Positions 38,475-51,255 of a DNA stretch of 64,000 nt are shown here, piece after piece. The notes below the pieces were generated by a model. The model was not told the DNA's origin. It saw only the letters and a program-made list of their open reading frames with translations, and did no database searches. The DNA is taken from positions 254,192-318,191 of the forward strand of contig NMRA01000149.1 of the NCBI GenBank assembly GCA_002633005.1. The letters are read 5' to 3'. The position numbers were made by a program, and so were the translations under genes. The DNA comes from Phoronis australis (lineage: Eukaryota; Animalia; Phoronida). Every line of letters begins with the position of its first letter. Positions within the stretch are counted from its first letter, which is position 1.

Positions 38475-39958
38475 TGTAAACATTTGCGCAAAGCACGAAT
38501 GTAGATGCGCATTGCACCGAATGGGGGGAGGGGGGTTTTCCACAGCGTTTGCGCGCGAAACCTACTTCTTTTTGTAATGCTGATTATACGTTTTATATTT
38601 TGTGCAATCAGTTCGTAACAAAATTTGTTGTATTTAAAATAGTCTTCAATTGCCCAAAAGACCAAATCCGATTTTTTTTGTGTTTGTGCGATTGCTTTGG
38701 AAATCGTCTTAAGTTTAAGGTTTGACAAAAGAAAATCATGAGTTTCTGAGTGATTCACTAAGGCTTCGATTAAAATTCACATCTTACCAGCAGGTTCTGT
38801 TTTTTCATCGTCACTCAGATTCTGTTTTCTTTAAAAAATGAAGTAGGCCTAATTTTCTTCTTTGCACAGTAGAACAGACGACGGAAACGGAGTCGTAGTG
38901 CTCAGCGCAACTGCCGGTCGCCTGGGACATAGCGGGAGAGCCTAAGCTTAACCATAGTTCCGTTACGCCGGTTGTCCAAATGTGACACTTGAAATTGGAT
39001 CTGAGCCCCCCCCCCCAACACACTAAAACTGCACACTCAGTTAAATCTTCTTTCTGCCGAATAATGTTAATTACCGGGGTTAATTAATAAACTCAATATT
39101 TCCCTACGCTCTTGCCGTTTTATTTTTTTTATTTTTTGCGCCTATAACCATAGGCGGATTTAGGGGGGGGGCAGGGGNNNNNNNNTGGCTAAGTATAGGC
39201 TCTCCCGCGATATCCCAGGCGACCGGCAGTGGCGCTGCGCACTACGACTCCGTTTCCGTCGTCTGCTCCACTGTGCAATGAAGAAAATTTACTTCATTTT
39301 TTAAAGAAAATGGAACCTGAGTGACGATGAAAAAACAGAAACTGCTGGTAAGATGTGAATTTTAATCGAAGCCTTAGTGAATCACTCAGAAACTCATAAT
39401 TCTCTCTTTTGTCAAACCTTAACTTAAGACGATTTCCAAAATTCCAAAGCAATCCCGTCATTATTGCCAACACGAAAAACGGATTTGGTCTTTTGGGCAT
39501 TTGAAGACTATTTTAAATACAACAAATTTGTTACGAACCGATTACACAAAATATAAAACGTGTAATAAGCATTACAAAAAGAAGTAGGTTTCGCGCGCAA
39601 ACGCTGTGGACCATAAACAAGTAGGTCTCTTAGTATACCATCAGTAGTTAAGGAGTGGTGGTGCAGTGGTAAAGCATGCGCGCTCTATTCACCAGGTTGT
39701 GAGTTCGAGTTTCTGGTATTTTGCAGTTTGCCTGTTTGACACGTTTGTTTTTTGGCAATGGATAATACTTCAGGAATCAAGGAAAATGCTTGATTTTTAG
39801 AGGAAAAAACAGAAAAATTTCCTGGGCGGGAGGGGGCAAACCCCCCTCCCGACCTCCCCCCATTCGGTGCTATGCGCATTTACAATCGTGGTTGGCGCAA
39901 ATGCTTACAGCCGGACAAAATGTTGCCCCCCCTTTGCGATATCCTAGATCCGCTACTG
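38475..39958. repeat. Two head-to-head copies of a hAT-like non-autonomous element forming a large imperfect palindrome
   Basis: 38540-38953 is the reverse complement of 39186-39609, and 38475-38530 of 39855-39912. The right copy is bounded by CATAGGCGGATTTAGG...CCTAGATCCGCTACTG. Confidence 0.8.
39652..39717 (+). other. tRNA-derived (SINE-head-like) sequence, not a functional tRNA
   Basis: A-box-like TGGTGCAGTGGTAA and B-box-like GAGTTCGAGT, but no acceptor stem pairing. Confidence 0.5.
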
Positions 39959-40081
39959 ATAACTCACGACAAACTTTTTAATCATTCATATCTTCCATTC
40001 GGCAAACGGCGACCATTTTCTTAGTTTATACACTAGATGTCGCGAATCCTTGCTTATCTCAAGACAACGGTGTGAGAACTG

Positions 40082-40232
40082 CCTCGCGTTCAGTAACGCT
40101 AGGACCTCGCTAAAAAGCAAGACTTCGCGAGATTCCGTGAGTTATTTCCGTGTATTTTAAGTGAGAGCACGTGACTAAAACTAGATTTTAGCTAGGTCCT
40201 AGCGTAGGTCCTAGCGTCTACTGAACGCACGC
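40082..40232. mobile_element. PIF/Harbinger-like MITE (related copy at 63396-63524)
   Basis: TIR GCGTTCAGTA-ACGCTAGGACCT / AGGTCCTAGCGT-CTACTGAACGC, CTG flanks on both sides, internal CACGTG. Confidence 0.65.
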
Positions 40233-40827
40233 CTGGAGTTCAAGCTCACGCGCTACAGGTCACTCCTATGCTTCGCTTGACCTTGAGCAGAACGTAAGTG
40301 TAATCATCGCAGGTTCTGCCTTAAAAACGTTGACTGCAGGAGTATTTACTGGAATGATTTAAAGACTCCAAGTGCTCTCAAAGGTATCGATTTACATTTG
40401 AAAGATACTCTCGGTGTACAGCTAGTTTAAGGATGTCAAGAGTACAAGTTGACTAAGGCAGGTGCAAGCAAATTAAAGAGGTCAGGCCTTTATATATAGC
40501 TCATTGGCGATTGGGTGCAAGGAGATGCGTATTTGAAACGATCGAGCTTCACATGCTGGGCTCTACAAAGCTTACAGTATTAAATCTTATCTTGTCTTAC
40601 ATGGGTTAAACTAACAGTTTGGACAAACGCTCTCATCTAACGTAGGCCTAAGTCATCCGAGTCTACGTTTGAGGGCATATTGTCTGGCATGACCGCCATA
40701 TAATAATCCTTTGTGTGTATCAAGGCATCTTTTTACAAGGTAACACATTGTTAAAATTCAGTGACCAACACCTGCAAGCAAACACAAAAGGCCTCGTTAA
40801 ATAGTAGCGATTGGATCAAAGTTCAAC

Positions 40828-42615
40828 ATGGCTGCCGGGTGGTCTTCAAACCGGTCGATGAAAGTAGTCATTTTTGCGATGATCATAGCATATGTTGTGT
40901 TGTTTGTTGTGTTTGCTTCAAATCTGTGTTCGACATTCAATGGATATGAAAGCTGGTCAGTTGATGATACACGTCCAGACTTTTTAGAAAATGAACTCAT
41001 TCGGGTTGGTAAGTTTGTAATTGAAGCTCGTAAACATGCCCGCAGCTCGAGAACATTAAAGTCTCTAAACCAAGCTTTAGATTATATTTCCGAAAAACTA
41101 AGAGACTCTAGCAGACTTGACGCTTTGAACATTTCGTCTTCGGTGAGCAACAATTTAGACGTAGAAAACAGAACTGTTACAAGGTTGAATGAGCCGGATG
41201 TGTGTCCTGAGGTTTACAAAGGGAAGCTGGATTTCGAGAGAGGGTGGGAGTTCGAATCGTGCCAATCTAAAGCTTTAGACAGCCTCGTGACTCTTGTCTT
41301 GAATGGTTGGACTTACTCAAGTCAAGAGTTATATGATATCTTCAAACAAATTCGACTCGATTACCCAAAGGTACGTGTGGTGGTGTCTGTGAAATTTAGC
41401 ACTTTAAAACGGGACGAGCATCAGTTTGATAAAAATATAGACATGATCACAGGTTTAAAAGAATATTCCTGGTATTCATTGATTAAACATGTTAGAACAA
41501 AATACTTGGTTGTTCTTCGCGATGTACACAGATTTTCCAATCAAAGTCGGATCGAGCGTTTGATAAGTGTGTCAAGTAGATTCAACGTACCGCTTGTTGG
41601 TGGCGCCACTGTTGGCCAAAATGGACATTGGTGGCATGGCTGTTATCAAATGACGATGAAAAACTATTCTTTGACTTATGAGCATGGCTATGACTTTTCA
41701 CGTGATTCGTGTTGGTTTTGTGATCATCTCTCTGGCCCTTTTCTTGCACGCACCGACCATTTAAAGAGGGCGATTTCTTTTTTGAACTTAACACACGACA
41801 ACATCATCTTCAGCGAGTTGTTCGTGCACGCACTGCGGCGCAAAACAATTGCAATGAGTTGCCCCGACGTTATGTTTCACGTGCGTACAATAACGATAGA
41901 AAACGCGGAAACGAAACAATCATGGTTGCCGCTTGCAAAAGAACAAATGCTGATCAAAATAAATTCATTCACTGGCGCAACATTTAGTTTTTCGTGTCAG
42001 GAATTAAGCATATCTTGCGCAGGATTCAACACCTTTAAAGGAAAACTGGTTGCGCCATGTTGTTTTGAATTGTTAAACGTCTGCATAAAAGCTTTCATGA
42101 AATTCTGCATTGAAAACAATGTATTCATCGATATCAGATTTGGCACACTGTTGGGTGCCTTGAAGTTTAAAAAGTCTCTTCCCTGGGATATTGACGCAGA
42201 CTTTCAATACTACACTGGCAACCATTCCACCCTAATTAAGTCCATTCCGGAAATGAACAAGTTGGGATGTTCGTTTTCTCCTGCCGACCTGTACGGCACT
42301 ATGGACGCCAACGGGTGGTACGTTGACGTCACAAGAGTTGCGATGACGCCATCCTTATTGTACAGACAAAGAACTGGACAAAACCAAACCTATGTTCTTT
42401 ACGATGGTATGTGGGTGAAGGCCCCGCCTAACCCAGGTCGAATTTTGAGGATCGAGTATAAATACGATATATTTCAACATGCAAACTCGCGTCGTCATAC
42501 AGGTCTAGCGGGCTATGTTCCGGGGAGTTTTGTCAGTTGTCCCAACAGTTATATCCAGCATTCATGCTTAGATCAGTACTACGTCGATGGAAGCCTGCAG
42601 TTTACGCAGACTTAG
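40828..42615 (+). CDS. Fukutin-related (FKRP-like) LicD-family phosphotransferase, 595 aa, intronless ORF nested in PIPOX intron 6
   Basis: N-terminal type II anchor (VVIFAMIIAYVVLFVVFA), GT-like stem, Zn-finger-like SC-x6-C...PCC, FGTLLGALK...LPWDIDADF and YVD catalytic motifs. AATAAA at ~42742. Confidence 0.9.
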   Translation: MAAGWSSNRSMKVVIFAMIIAYVVLFVVFASNLCSTFNGYESWSVDDTRPDFLENELIRVGKFVIEARKHARSSRTLKSLNQALDYISEKLRDSSRLDALNISSSVSNNLDVENRTVTRLNEPDVCPEVYKGKLDFERGWEFESCQSKALDSLVTLVLNGWTYSSQELYDIFKQIRLDYPKVRVVVSVKFSTLKRDEHQFDKNIDMITGLKEYSWYSLIKHVRTKYLVVLRDVHRFSNQSRIERLISVSSRFNVPLVGGATVGQNGHWWHGCYQMTMKNYSLTYEHGYDFSRDSCWFCDHLSGPFLARTDHLKRAISFLNLTHDNIIFSELFVHALRRKTIAMSCPDVMFHVRTITIENAETKQSWLPLAKEQMLIKINSFTGATFSFSCQELSISCAGFNTFKGKLVAPCCFELLNVCIKAFMKFCIENNVFIDIRFGTLLGALKFKKSLPWDIDADFQYYTGNHSTLIKSIPEMNKLGCSFSPADLYGTMDANGWYVDVTRVAMTPSLLYRQRTGQNQTYVLYDGMWVKAPPNPGRILRIEYKYDIFQHANSRRHTGLAGYVPGSFVSCPNSYIQHSCLDQYYVDGSLQFTQT

Positions 42616-43160
42616 CTCGGTGTCCGTGCCATTTTTTCATTCAAAACATGTCGATCTTCTTTTATTGCCTCATATGCGTTATTGTTAATTAACTATATGT
42701 GTTATTGTTAATTAATTGCTTATTGTTAATTTCTGACAAGAAATAAAAGTCATGTCTCTTATTTGTTTGTGTTTATGAGGGAATATGCCAATACACCTTT
42801 TCAGCAGATTTTTGAAAATTGAGGCTTGCTCTGTGTTTTGCTGCATTTTTCCATGAGATTTGTCTCTCTCTCTCTACGGTGTCTGTGGCTTACGGTTGAA
42901 ATTGGCTCCCTCAATTTTATTTAAATTTGGCACCTGCTGGGGTGGCTGGACCACGAATGGCATTTACTTGATTTTGAGCCTGTTCTGAGTAAAAGATTTC
43001 CAGTTGTTGACCCCCTTGACCCACTTTTGGATCTGTCGTGGGTTTTTTTAAAACCTTTGCTGTTGCTTGCGGCAAGCGGGGATTTAAAATTTAGCAGGAA
43101 ATTTAGGTATCCATGATAGCAAGTAACAGCATATGTTCACGAAAACAACAACGGATTTAA

Positions 43161-43208
43161 AACTTGACATGTTTCGGTGTCATTTATTAAACACCATCCT
43201 CAGAAGTC
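43161..43208 (-). ncRNA. Minimal type I hammerhead ribozyme (Penelope-type)
   Basis: gacuu-CUGAGGA-u-GGUGU-loop-ACACC-GAAA-CAUG-UC-aaguu: full core, helix II, palindromic helix III (ACAUGU) and helix I. Confidence 0.8.
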
Positions 43209-44809
43209 ATAATACAGTGGCCACCTAGCTAGGCCCAGCAACAAGTAATGAAGCACAGATACAGTCAGTTACAGGGAGTGACAATGAACTATACCAACAA
43301 TGACAACCTGTGGTGTGTCAGTTGCCTATTGAGATTGGGNACAACTAACTACAATGATAACTAAGTTAGTAATAATTTTGAAATTGCTCCTGATTCAAAG
43401 CGCTTCACGTAATCAGCAGGCTGACCCGGCCAACTTCGCCCGAATGGTGTTTGTGTAGATGATAGGATCGCGCAGGTAAAGTGCAGGCATTTTCAAATTT
43501 GGAATTGAAAGTTATCGCCAGATATGTTGTTCATACAGTGTCCACTTTGAATGTAGATTTGTGGATAGACATGCATGTGAGCCGTACGCTAGTGTTTGTT
43601 TCCATTCTTTTAAACTCAGTGCACGCCGACGGTAATTTCACTATAGGCCTAGACAGTCCTCAGTCGTTATTAAAAAAATAGACATTTAACTACCGTGTTT
43701 TCTTGCACTGAGAAAATCGTAACGAGCATGTTCACATTATTAGGGAAAAGTAGGTCTAGACCTAATAAAAACTTTGGTCAATGAAGAAAGTTTTCTCTCG
43801 TCAATCATTGCCAATGGTGTATAGCCTCGCAGACTTCATTTGAGCAACAAACTTGATGGAAAAGATCTCCAAAGTTACAGGTCACTATTCCCAAAGTTCA
43901 CCTCTCCGAAGTTTCACTACTACGAGGGTTGCTACCTTCGAAGTTTCACTACTTCGAATGTCCACAGTTCCGAAACTAGCCCACTGACTCCGACAGTTTA
44001 TTACTCTGATTGTCTGCTAATGAGTCGGAAGTAGCATGGATAAATTATTGTATTTATGTCCATTTAGTAACCATAAATAGCTCTAAAAACTTTAATTACA
44101 TTGCTTACAAATGGGCTCACAGTTCCAATCACTGCCAATCGTGATTCTTGAATCTAACCACTCATTCCCAAGCAGGGCGATGTTGTCAAGGCTGCGAGGA
44201 GGAACAACGGCGGTTTTAAATTTAAGAAGACTGAATGGAACTCTTAGACTTCATGAAGACTGACAAGGACAGCGTGGACCTCTAACTACATTTAGTTTCG
44301 ACTCGGCCATGCGCGTGGCTCCGGTGAGTGATGCTAAGGCGCAGCGACTATAAACTTTTCAGTCACGCTTTGAATTGATGCGAACTTGACATGGATTTGA
44401 TGCATGTATCGTGGTTGATAATAGGCCCATCCCGGATTACACGGCAACAGAACTCTCCTTTGTCCTGGAGATAAGATAGCGCGTGACCTAGTCGGAGTTG
44501 CAGCCCACAGCACAACAGTAATACAGTAGTACAACCAGATAAAAAAATAATGAGGTGTAATCACTCATTCAATCACGCCGTATTCGAAAGTTTGGCAGGG
44601 GGTAACGCTAGAATGTTCTCTTTCTGAACCACATTACATCCGAATTTGACTCCCGTTCTTTGCGACCAAACTGTTACGGCATCCTCATTTCTGGTATTAC
44701 GAATTCCGTCTCACCCAGGAACATAGAGCTGAGACTCATCGCTGTGTATACAGATTTCCCTTCTCCCTCAAAAAGCCCTTTCATTCTGACTTTACTCCGG
44801 TCTGAGCGG

Positions 44810-45140
44810 ATCGTCGACGTAAAGTGCGAAGTTAACTGAACTGTTCATACCGGCTTTGGTAGTTAATGGACATCGAAGTAAACGGTAGCTGACGCTGTTG
44901 TCATCGAGCAAAATACGAGCAACTATTAGCGAAGACACTGCCCTGTAATTGTCGACGATAAAAGTGGCCCTGGCGATAACTTCGATGGGACCGAAGTTAA
45001 CCGTTCATACTGCACCGCAGCGTCGACGCTCCGCTGTTAAATCCACCTGCTTACTGCGAAGTTAACTGGCGCTGTTAATTTCGATTCAGGACAGAAGTTA
45101 ACCATTCGTTCTGACCGCAACTCCCCAAAACGTCGACGCT
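44810..45140. repeat. Degenerate tandem motif array ((C)GAAGTTAAC, CGTCGACG)
   Basis: About five GAAGT(T/A)AAC units and three CGTCGACG palindromes. Confidence 0.5.
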
Positions 45141-48100
45141 AGTATAAAAGGACCTTTACCGAAAACTCTACAGTGTCGATGTTTGCAGAGGAACGTCGTT
45201 CTAGAAATTCGAACTACCCGCCGCACAATGCTGGCTACGGGCCTGGAGCCTAATATTACAATCGTAAGTTATTACTTTCAACAATCACCTCGACATCGGC
45301 TGACCGCCGAGATTCGGGGGATAAAAACGATCTTTGTTGTAAATGTCGGTGACCAAACAAACTGGCAGTATTCATTGGTTGATAACATAAATTTATTATC
45401 AAGCCGTGCTGTTGAACCCCGGTCACCTATAAAACTACATGTTGTACACGTTTACCGAAATAGTTTAAACAACTTGCCCCCTTCGAAGAATCCATTTATT
45501 TCAAACATGCTGGAATATATCATTCGGATTTTAAGGATCCTTGCTTGCAGCCTGAGACCCCAAATCGCACTCCTCTTGTGCCTTTCAGTTGAAACAAGAT
45601 ATGAATTGTGCTAGATGTTTTCTGTGAGAATTATGTATCTAAATTCATCTCTTTACAAATTTATGGAGATTTTTGTCCAATGAAATATTTTGAGTTTTTT
45701 GTTTCTATGGAAACGCGCTGGAAGTTTTATCAAAGATTGTGTGAGATGGGGCGTTTTCTGGCGCGGTGTGTCATAAGCTATCTCCTGGTACCCGCCAATA
45801 CTTGCCAATAAAGTTGTTTAGACGCTGGCCTACTATGGCTCTCAGACTATCTTCCACCCACGTATGCGTGTCATCATTCTCAATAAATCGAGTACTGGTA
45901 ATGTCAACGAGCTCCTTTTTGGCATTTTTCGACCATGCAGTGCTTATTGCAGAAAATGACCTATGAGCCCACCCTGCACATGCGTTGACAACTCGCGGGA
46001 AAGCGAACACAGGCGCCAAAGATTTTATAGTATCTCTGCAGGCGCTAACGGTATCTAAGGGTATAGACTTGTTGTGACGATTACTATCATCGATTGAATT
46101 CTATCGTGGGTTGTTCGCCGAAAGTCGTCTGTAATTACACTCGTAATTACGACCGAGACGCCGCTCGTGTTTTACGACCGTAATTAATATATCCAGTGAG
46201 AAATTGATTTGTAGGTCTCGTGAACTCTGAAGCAGTTCTACCAGAGACCGTAGAGAGGGAGACAAATCTAGCGAAATTTTAATAGACGGCCTCTGTCGGA
46301 CATTGCTGTTTCATGGACCGTAGCGACGTCTAGGGGGGCGTGTGCTCCGAATAAAACAATTTTGTTGGATCACTCGTGGCTGGGACGAGACATTCTGTTA
46401 TTTTCCTTTGCGTTTTTACCACCATAATTTTCTGGTTGTCATGACATTGTTCCGGTTTGTTAACACATGAACATTGCTGGACTATGTCGAGCGATGTTGA
46501 GCTGTGTGTAGGCCCTACTGCCGATGAACAGATGGACAGACCACATATGGCGCTATCTCTAAATAATCAGAACACCAAGGAGTCAGGAGTGAATACTTAT
46601 CTGTCATCTATGCTTTCTGTGTTGTGATAGTGTTAACTGTGCCGTTGGAACTAACGCCTTGGTGCCCCCGATATCGTAGTATTTAACCCTTAGTGCCGCG
46701 GCTGTGGAGTGAATATATAGCCACAACGTGTTTCAAACTAAATCGCGTGTGCCAGCCAAACAAGTCAGATTTTTTATACAAAACGCGCCGGAACTAACTT
46801 GACAAGTTGTAGCTGATTCGGCCCGAACACTGCGACAGTTCAATACAAAATTCAAGGCTTTTGGCCGAATGAAATGTTAGATTAATTGGACAAATTTCTT
46901 CATTTGGTTGAATTGGCAGTTGTCCACGATGAATTTTATTAGGAATTTTGGCTCGACCTAAATGTAGTAGTTCCTCATTTTTCACTACGTCTACTATACA
47001 TGCCTAGTCCCTCTTATCCACCTGCTAACAATAACATCGTTGTTTTTTGTTCTGTGACGAATTTGACTTACCTTCATATGTAGGTCACAATATGTAGGTC
47101 ATAATATGTCAACTTACTCCTTTCGATCCCTACTTTCCAAAAATGTCAGTGCTTCTGTTTCATTTTTTTGTTTTTTATCAAAGTAAGGCAACTTTCCGGT
47201 TACCTCCTTCATTTGTCAGTCTTAACAGCACCTCATTGCCGTGCCCCTCTGTGTCTTTTACTAGCTTTTGCTTTGTGGTGGTATTACTGCGTCATTTTAT
47301 TTCCACTTTAAGTTTGTACCGTGTCTTTTAATCATGTCTCTAGATCAGTTGCTTTACCAATGTTTTATTGAGTGTCGACTGAACTTTGTTCCGAAGATAC
47401 GAACGGAATGAAAGAAAGATTGCTAACATCGACAAGTGTCGTGTATTGAACCAATTTTGCATAATCATTACTATGTTTAGAAGTTGCGTTAGAATGTACT
47501 TTTGGCCTATTGTTATAGTGACAGCAAGTTTTTGACACTCAGGTTTTGCAAATGATATTTCAGTGTCTTGCCTTTGACCCTTCCCCCTGGAACAAGCTGG
47601 GTAAATTACACAGATATTTATTGTTAAATATTGTTACAAATTCATTTTTGTTGGTAGTTAATACTTGTTCTTATGTTTATGAGTTGATTCGTGCGGTACT
47701 GAATTTGAACAAACACTAATACTACTTTTCCTTAAAAAATCAGGTGATACTACTATAAGTGTAAACACGGGAAACCAGCTGAAGACGTTTCTGCATGGGC
47801 GACGCAGCATTGAAAAAAGTGGGGGCTAAAGCCCCCCCATGCTGCGCCACCTATGTTCTGGCGCTAATAACTCATAACATGACTGAATTATCATGTGAAT
47901 GTTTTAAATGGCACGACAGAGAACAACATACGCATTTTATTTTTACCAATCTTAAAAACTTCAAAAAATGAAGCAACTCGATTATTTACTTAACCAAATC
48001 TTCAAACGAGGGAACGGCCGTTCCGTAAAACCGGAAGTTTTCTTCCTTGTGTCCGCAGCGCCCTCTCATCGTCAATGCTAATGTCCCTTGGTATGCTACA

Positions 48101-48794
48101 TACTCAACAAGCTCAGACGAGAGTTGGTACTTAGTCTCTATCTATAGTCTATGGTGCTGCGTTGTATGGATTTGTGATCATTTGTGAATGGATCATTAGG
48201 CATTACTGTACTTTTAAGACTTCTATGCACCACGTCTGAGGACGGTGCTGTGTCAAATAACCACAGGGGTTTACAAGACAAGGCAAGATATGACGGCTCC
48301 AGTCGGTAAAAAGCAACTGCGCTTTTTGTGCTGTTTACGGCTGCAGCAACAGTCTATTGAAAATTCGTGACTTACGCTTTTTTCGCTTCCCCACTGATAA
48401 AGATAGATGATGTACACGATTGAAACAAAGGATACATTTGCGTGAAACTGTTGCCAGTCAACCAGTGATGTGGGTAGGGTGATTTGAACTTAATGTATTT
48501 ACTGGTACCTGCATTCGATGGCTTATACAGAAAATTATCGAAAATGGTTTACATGATTTTGGGAACTACTGATTAGTTTATTCTAAGCGCATTGATGCTT
48601 CTAACTACTCTCTCATTTATGTGATAGTAGTCGACATAATTTGAACACTTCTGCAGAATTTTTATGCATCCACAATATTTTCCTTGTCTGTCAATTATTT
48701 GTGAAAGCGACTTGACAGATTCTGGTGAAACTTCAGAGTATTAATATTTATGAGTGGGATATGCCAACACCACTTGATTTTTGGACAAATTTAC

Positions 48795-49069
48795 ATTCTT
48801 TATTGAAATATATACATATGGCCATAGGTTCAAAGTATAACATATACAAGATAGTTCAGTGTTAGGTGCGTTAAAGACTTGACAGTTAATAGTGGCGCAT
48901 GAGAACGGTGGACGAATTTTAGAAGCGAGGTATCGGAAGTTCTCATGAGATTCAAACTTAGATGTTGTGAGAGAATGACAAAAGTACTGAACCCGAAGGT
49001 CTTGGTAAGCACTGCAAACTAACACAACGTGGTATTCCTCCTGTACACATCCCAAATTACATAACTTAC
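48795..49069 (-). mobile_element. 3' fragment of a non-LTR retrotransposon
   Basis: KLCNLGCVQEEYHVVLVCSAYQDLR zinc-knuckle-like C-terminus, then AATAAA at ~48800. Confidence 0.55.
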
Positions 49070-49676
49070 CAGGGGCGGATCCAGGATTTTGAGTTGGGGC
49101 GGGGCAGGGCAGAGTATAAGCCAGGATTTTGCCAGTCAGACATTCGCACCTCCGAACTGCCAAATGGAATCTGAGAAAATTTTAGGGGGGGGGGGACATG
49201 GCTTCCTCCCCCCCTTAAATGAGCCACTGAATACACAACCAATTTTCATAGTGAATATTTGTGTGGCGACCTCTCTCCTCTTGTAACGAATGATTTGAGC
49301 ATCGCAATCGAGTCAGAGAGTGGATACTAACTAACTCCAAATGATTCTCTAGACAATTTTAAAAAAATAACAGCATTGTCAGACAACCTGCTAGATATGC
49401 ACTTTGGTACCCCAGTGAGTATCAAGTAAAAATATCGGACAGTCTTCGATAGCTTTCACTCTTTTGCACTTATATACTTTGCACCTGAGATCTTACCGCC
49501 TGAACATTTCATAACAGAGGGGTGGATCCAGGATTTTGAGTTAGGGGGGCCATGGCAGAGTATTAGCCAGGATTTTGCCCGACAGACATTCGCACCCCCC
49601 CCCCATTGTCAAATGGAATTTGGGAGAATTTTAGGGGGGCCATGGCCCCTTGGCCCCCCTCTAAATCCGCCACTGT
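49069..49676 (+). mobile_element. Two direct copies of a ~160-bp hAT-like MITE (49069-49229, 49515-49676)
   Basis: CAGGGGCGGATCCAGGATTTTGAG ... (T/G)(C/A)(C/G)-CCACTG ends with a shared interior. Confidence 0.75.
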
Positions 49677-50121
49677 AACATGCCCAAAATACGAGCGTAA
49701 TTTTACGAGCGTATGATTACGAGCGAAAAATACTGCTTCAGAGCTCACGTGACCTACAGACCAATTTTTCATTGGATATAATGATTACGGTCGTGAAAAA
49801 GAAGGAAAGTCTCGGACGTAATTTCGAGCGTAATAACGCGCAACACTCTCAACCGAACGACCCGCGATAATTTGGTAGTAAAACACGAGCGAAGTCTCAG
49901 TCGTAATCACGAGCCGTAATTACGGGCGAACGATTTCGGTCGTAAAAGACGAGCGAAGTTTCGGTTGTAATTACGGGCGACACTATCCCACGAACGGCCC
50001 ATGATAGAATTCATGTGTAGTCAAGTGACGAACAACATGTGCCTTCGTAGCACCCTCAAGTGGTCAACCATAGCATTATGGATAATGTAGTCATTCAACT
50101 GGTGTAGTCTGCTGGTACCAG

Positions 50122-50357
50122 GGGCCCGTTCCAACAAAACTGACTTAGCTGAGACAATTCCTAAATTTTACTAAATTTTGGAATAAAATTTCAATTTGTC
50201 TCAAAATCATTTCAAGAAAGAGATCTTAAGCTTGGTTTAAGTGTTTGACGTAAGTTTTGTCTTAATTTTGATGAATTTACCAGATGTGGAAGTTTTAAAG
50301 TTTGTAAGTTTAGACAAATCTTAGACTTAAGTCAAAAAAGTTTCTTGCAACGAGCCC
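50122..50357. mobile_element. PIF/Harbinger-like MITE
   Basis: CAG|GGGCCCGTTCCAACAAAACT ... AGTTTCTTGCAACGAGCCC|CAG, with a 3-bp CWG target duplication. Confidence 0.7.
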
Positions 50358-51255
50358 CAGGGCTTCGATGGTGTCAACATAAGAATAGATTCTAATGACA
50401 AACAATCTAAATTGATGAACGACAAAAAAGATCGTATAGCCATAACTGACCAGTAGGCTACCTCTTTTTATGCACCAGACTTTAGCAATAAACAATCACG
50501 AGAAGGTCGACACGAGTTCCAGCGAATGTGTATTTAAAAGGATAATAAACCTTGTTCTGGTGATTTTACCCAAAATTGATTTCGTTATCTGCTATTGTGT
50601 AATTACTACTTCCCTTGAAACAAGAAAGCAGTGTTCAACTACAAATCTGCGGCCCTCACGGCTGTGTCACAAAATGCCGCAGTGATTCAAGACACGGGAG
50701 CTCTCCCCACTTTCGTCCAGTCACGCTTGTTTAGGTATGCAAAACATTGATTGTTTCAAAGACTTAGCGTTAAATCGGCGTTAAAAGTCAAAATCCGAGT
50801 TCTGTTTCATTTTAAGCAAGTACACAGCTAGAACGGTGGTGCGTTCATCAATTTTGTGCTGTCATCAAAATTATTCACTAAAAATTTGCATACACCAATT
50901 AAAATAAGGTAAATGTAGGTCATTATCGACAAATCTTGGGTCTTCTGGCGCACCAGGAGGAACCCACGCCAGGTGACACAGCTGACAGGTATAAGCACGG
51001 TCGACCCTTAATTATCATACGACGTTCGGATTAGGAAAAATTCTCGTCTTTTCCCCGCCACCGTATTTCCCAGCCATCGTACATCTGACATTAGAGTGAC
51101 AGTAAGCATTTCTGATGCTTATATCACACGTAATTCCCCAGTTCTCATTGACTGATGCTCATAAACACATTATATATCAATCATTAGTTACATTTGGGCC
51201 CCACTTGGCCAACACTTTCCTATATTTGAATGGTATGAGTCTCAGTGCAGCTTAC

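Noticed and set aside
38300-38758. 152-aa ORF
   Set aside because: Lies largely within a repeat whose second copy does not preserve the frame.
39652-39717. tRNA gene
   Set aside because: A/B boxes are present but no cloverleaf can be built (acceptor and anticodon stems fail).
45183-46019. 143-aa and 82-aa ORFs in the PIPOX intron
   Set aside because: No recognisable motif and non-ATG starts. Possibly decayed TE sequence, but unsupported.
7100-48260. Other CTGANGA hits (e.g. ~7106, 16430, 22196, 47776, 48236) as hammerheads
   Set aside because: No helix II followed by GAAA and an NUH triplet.
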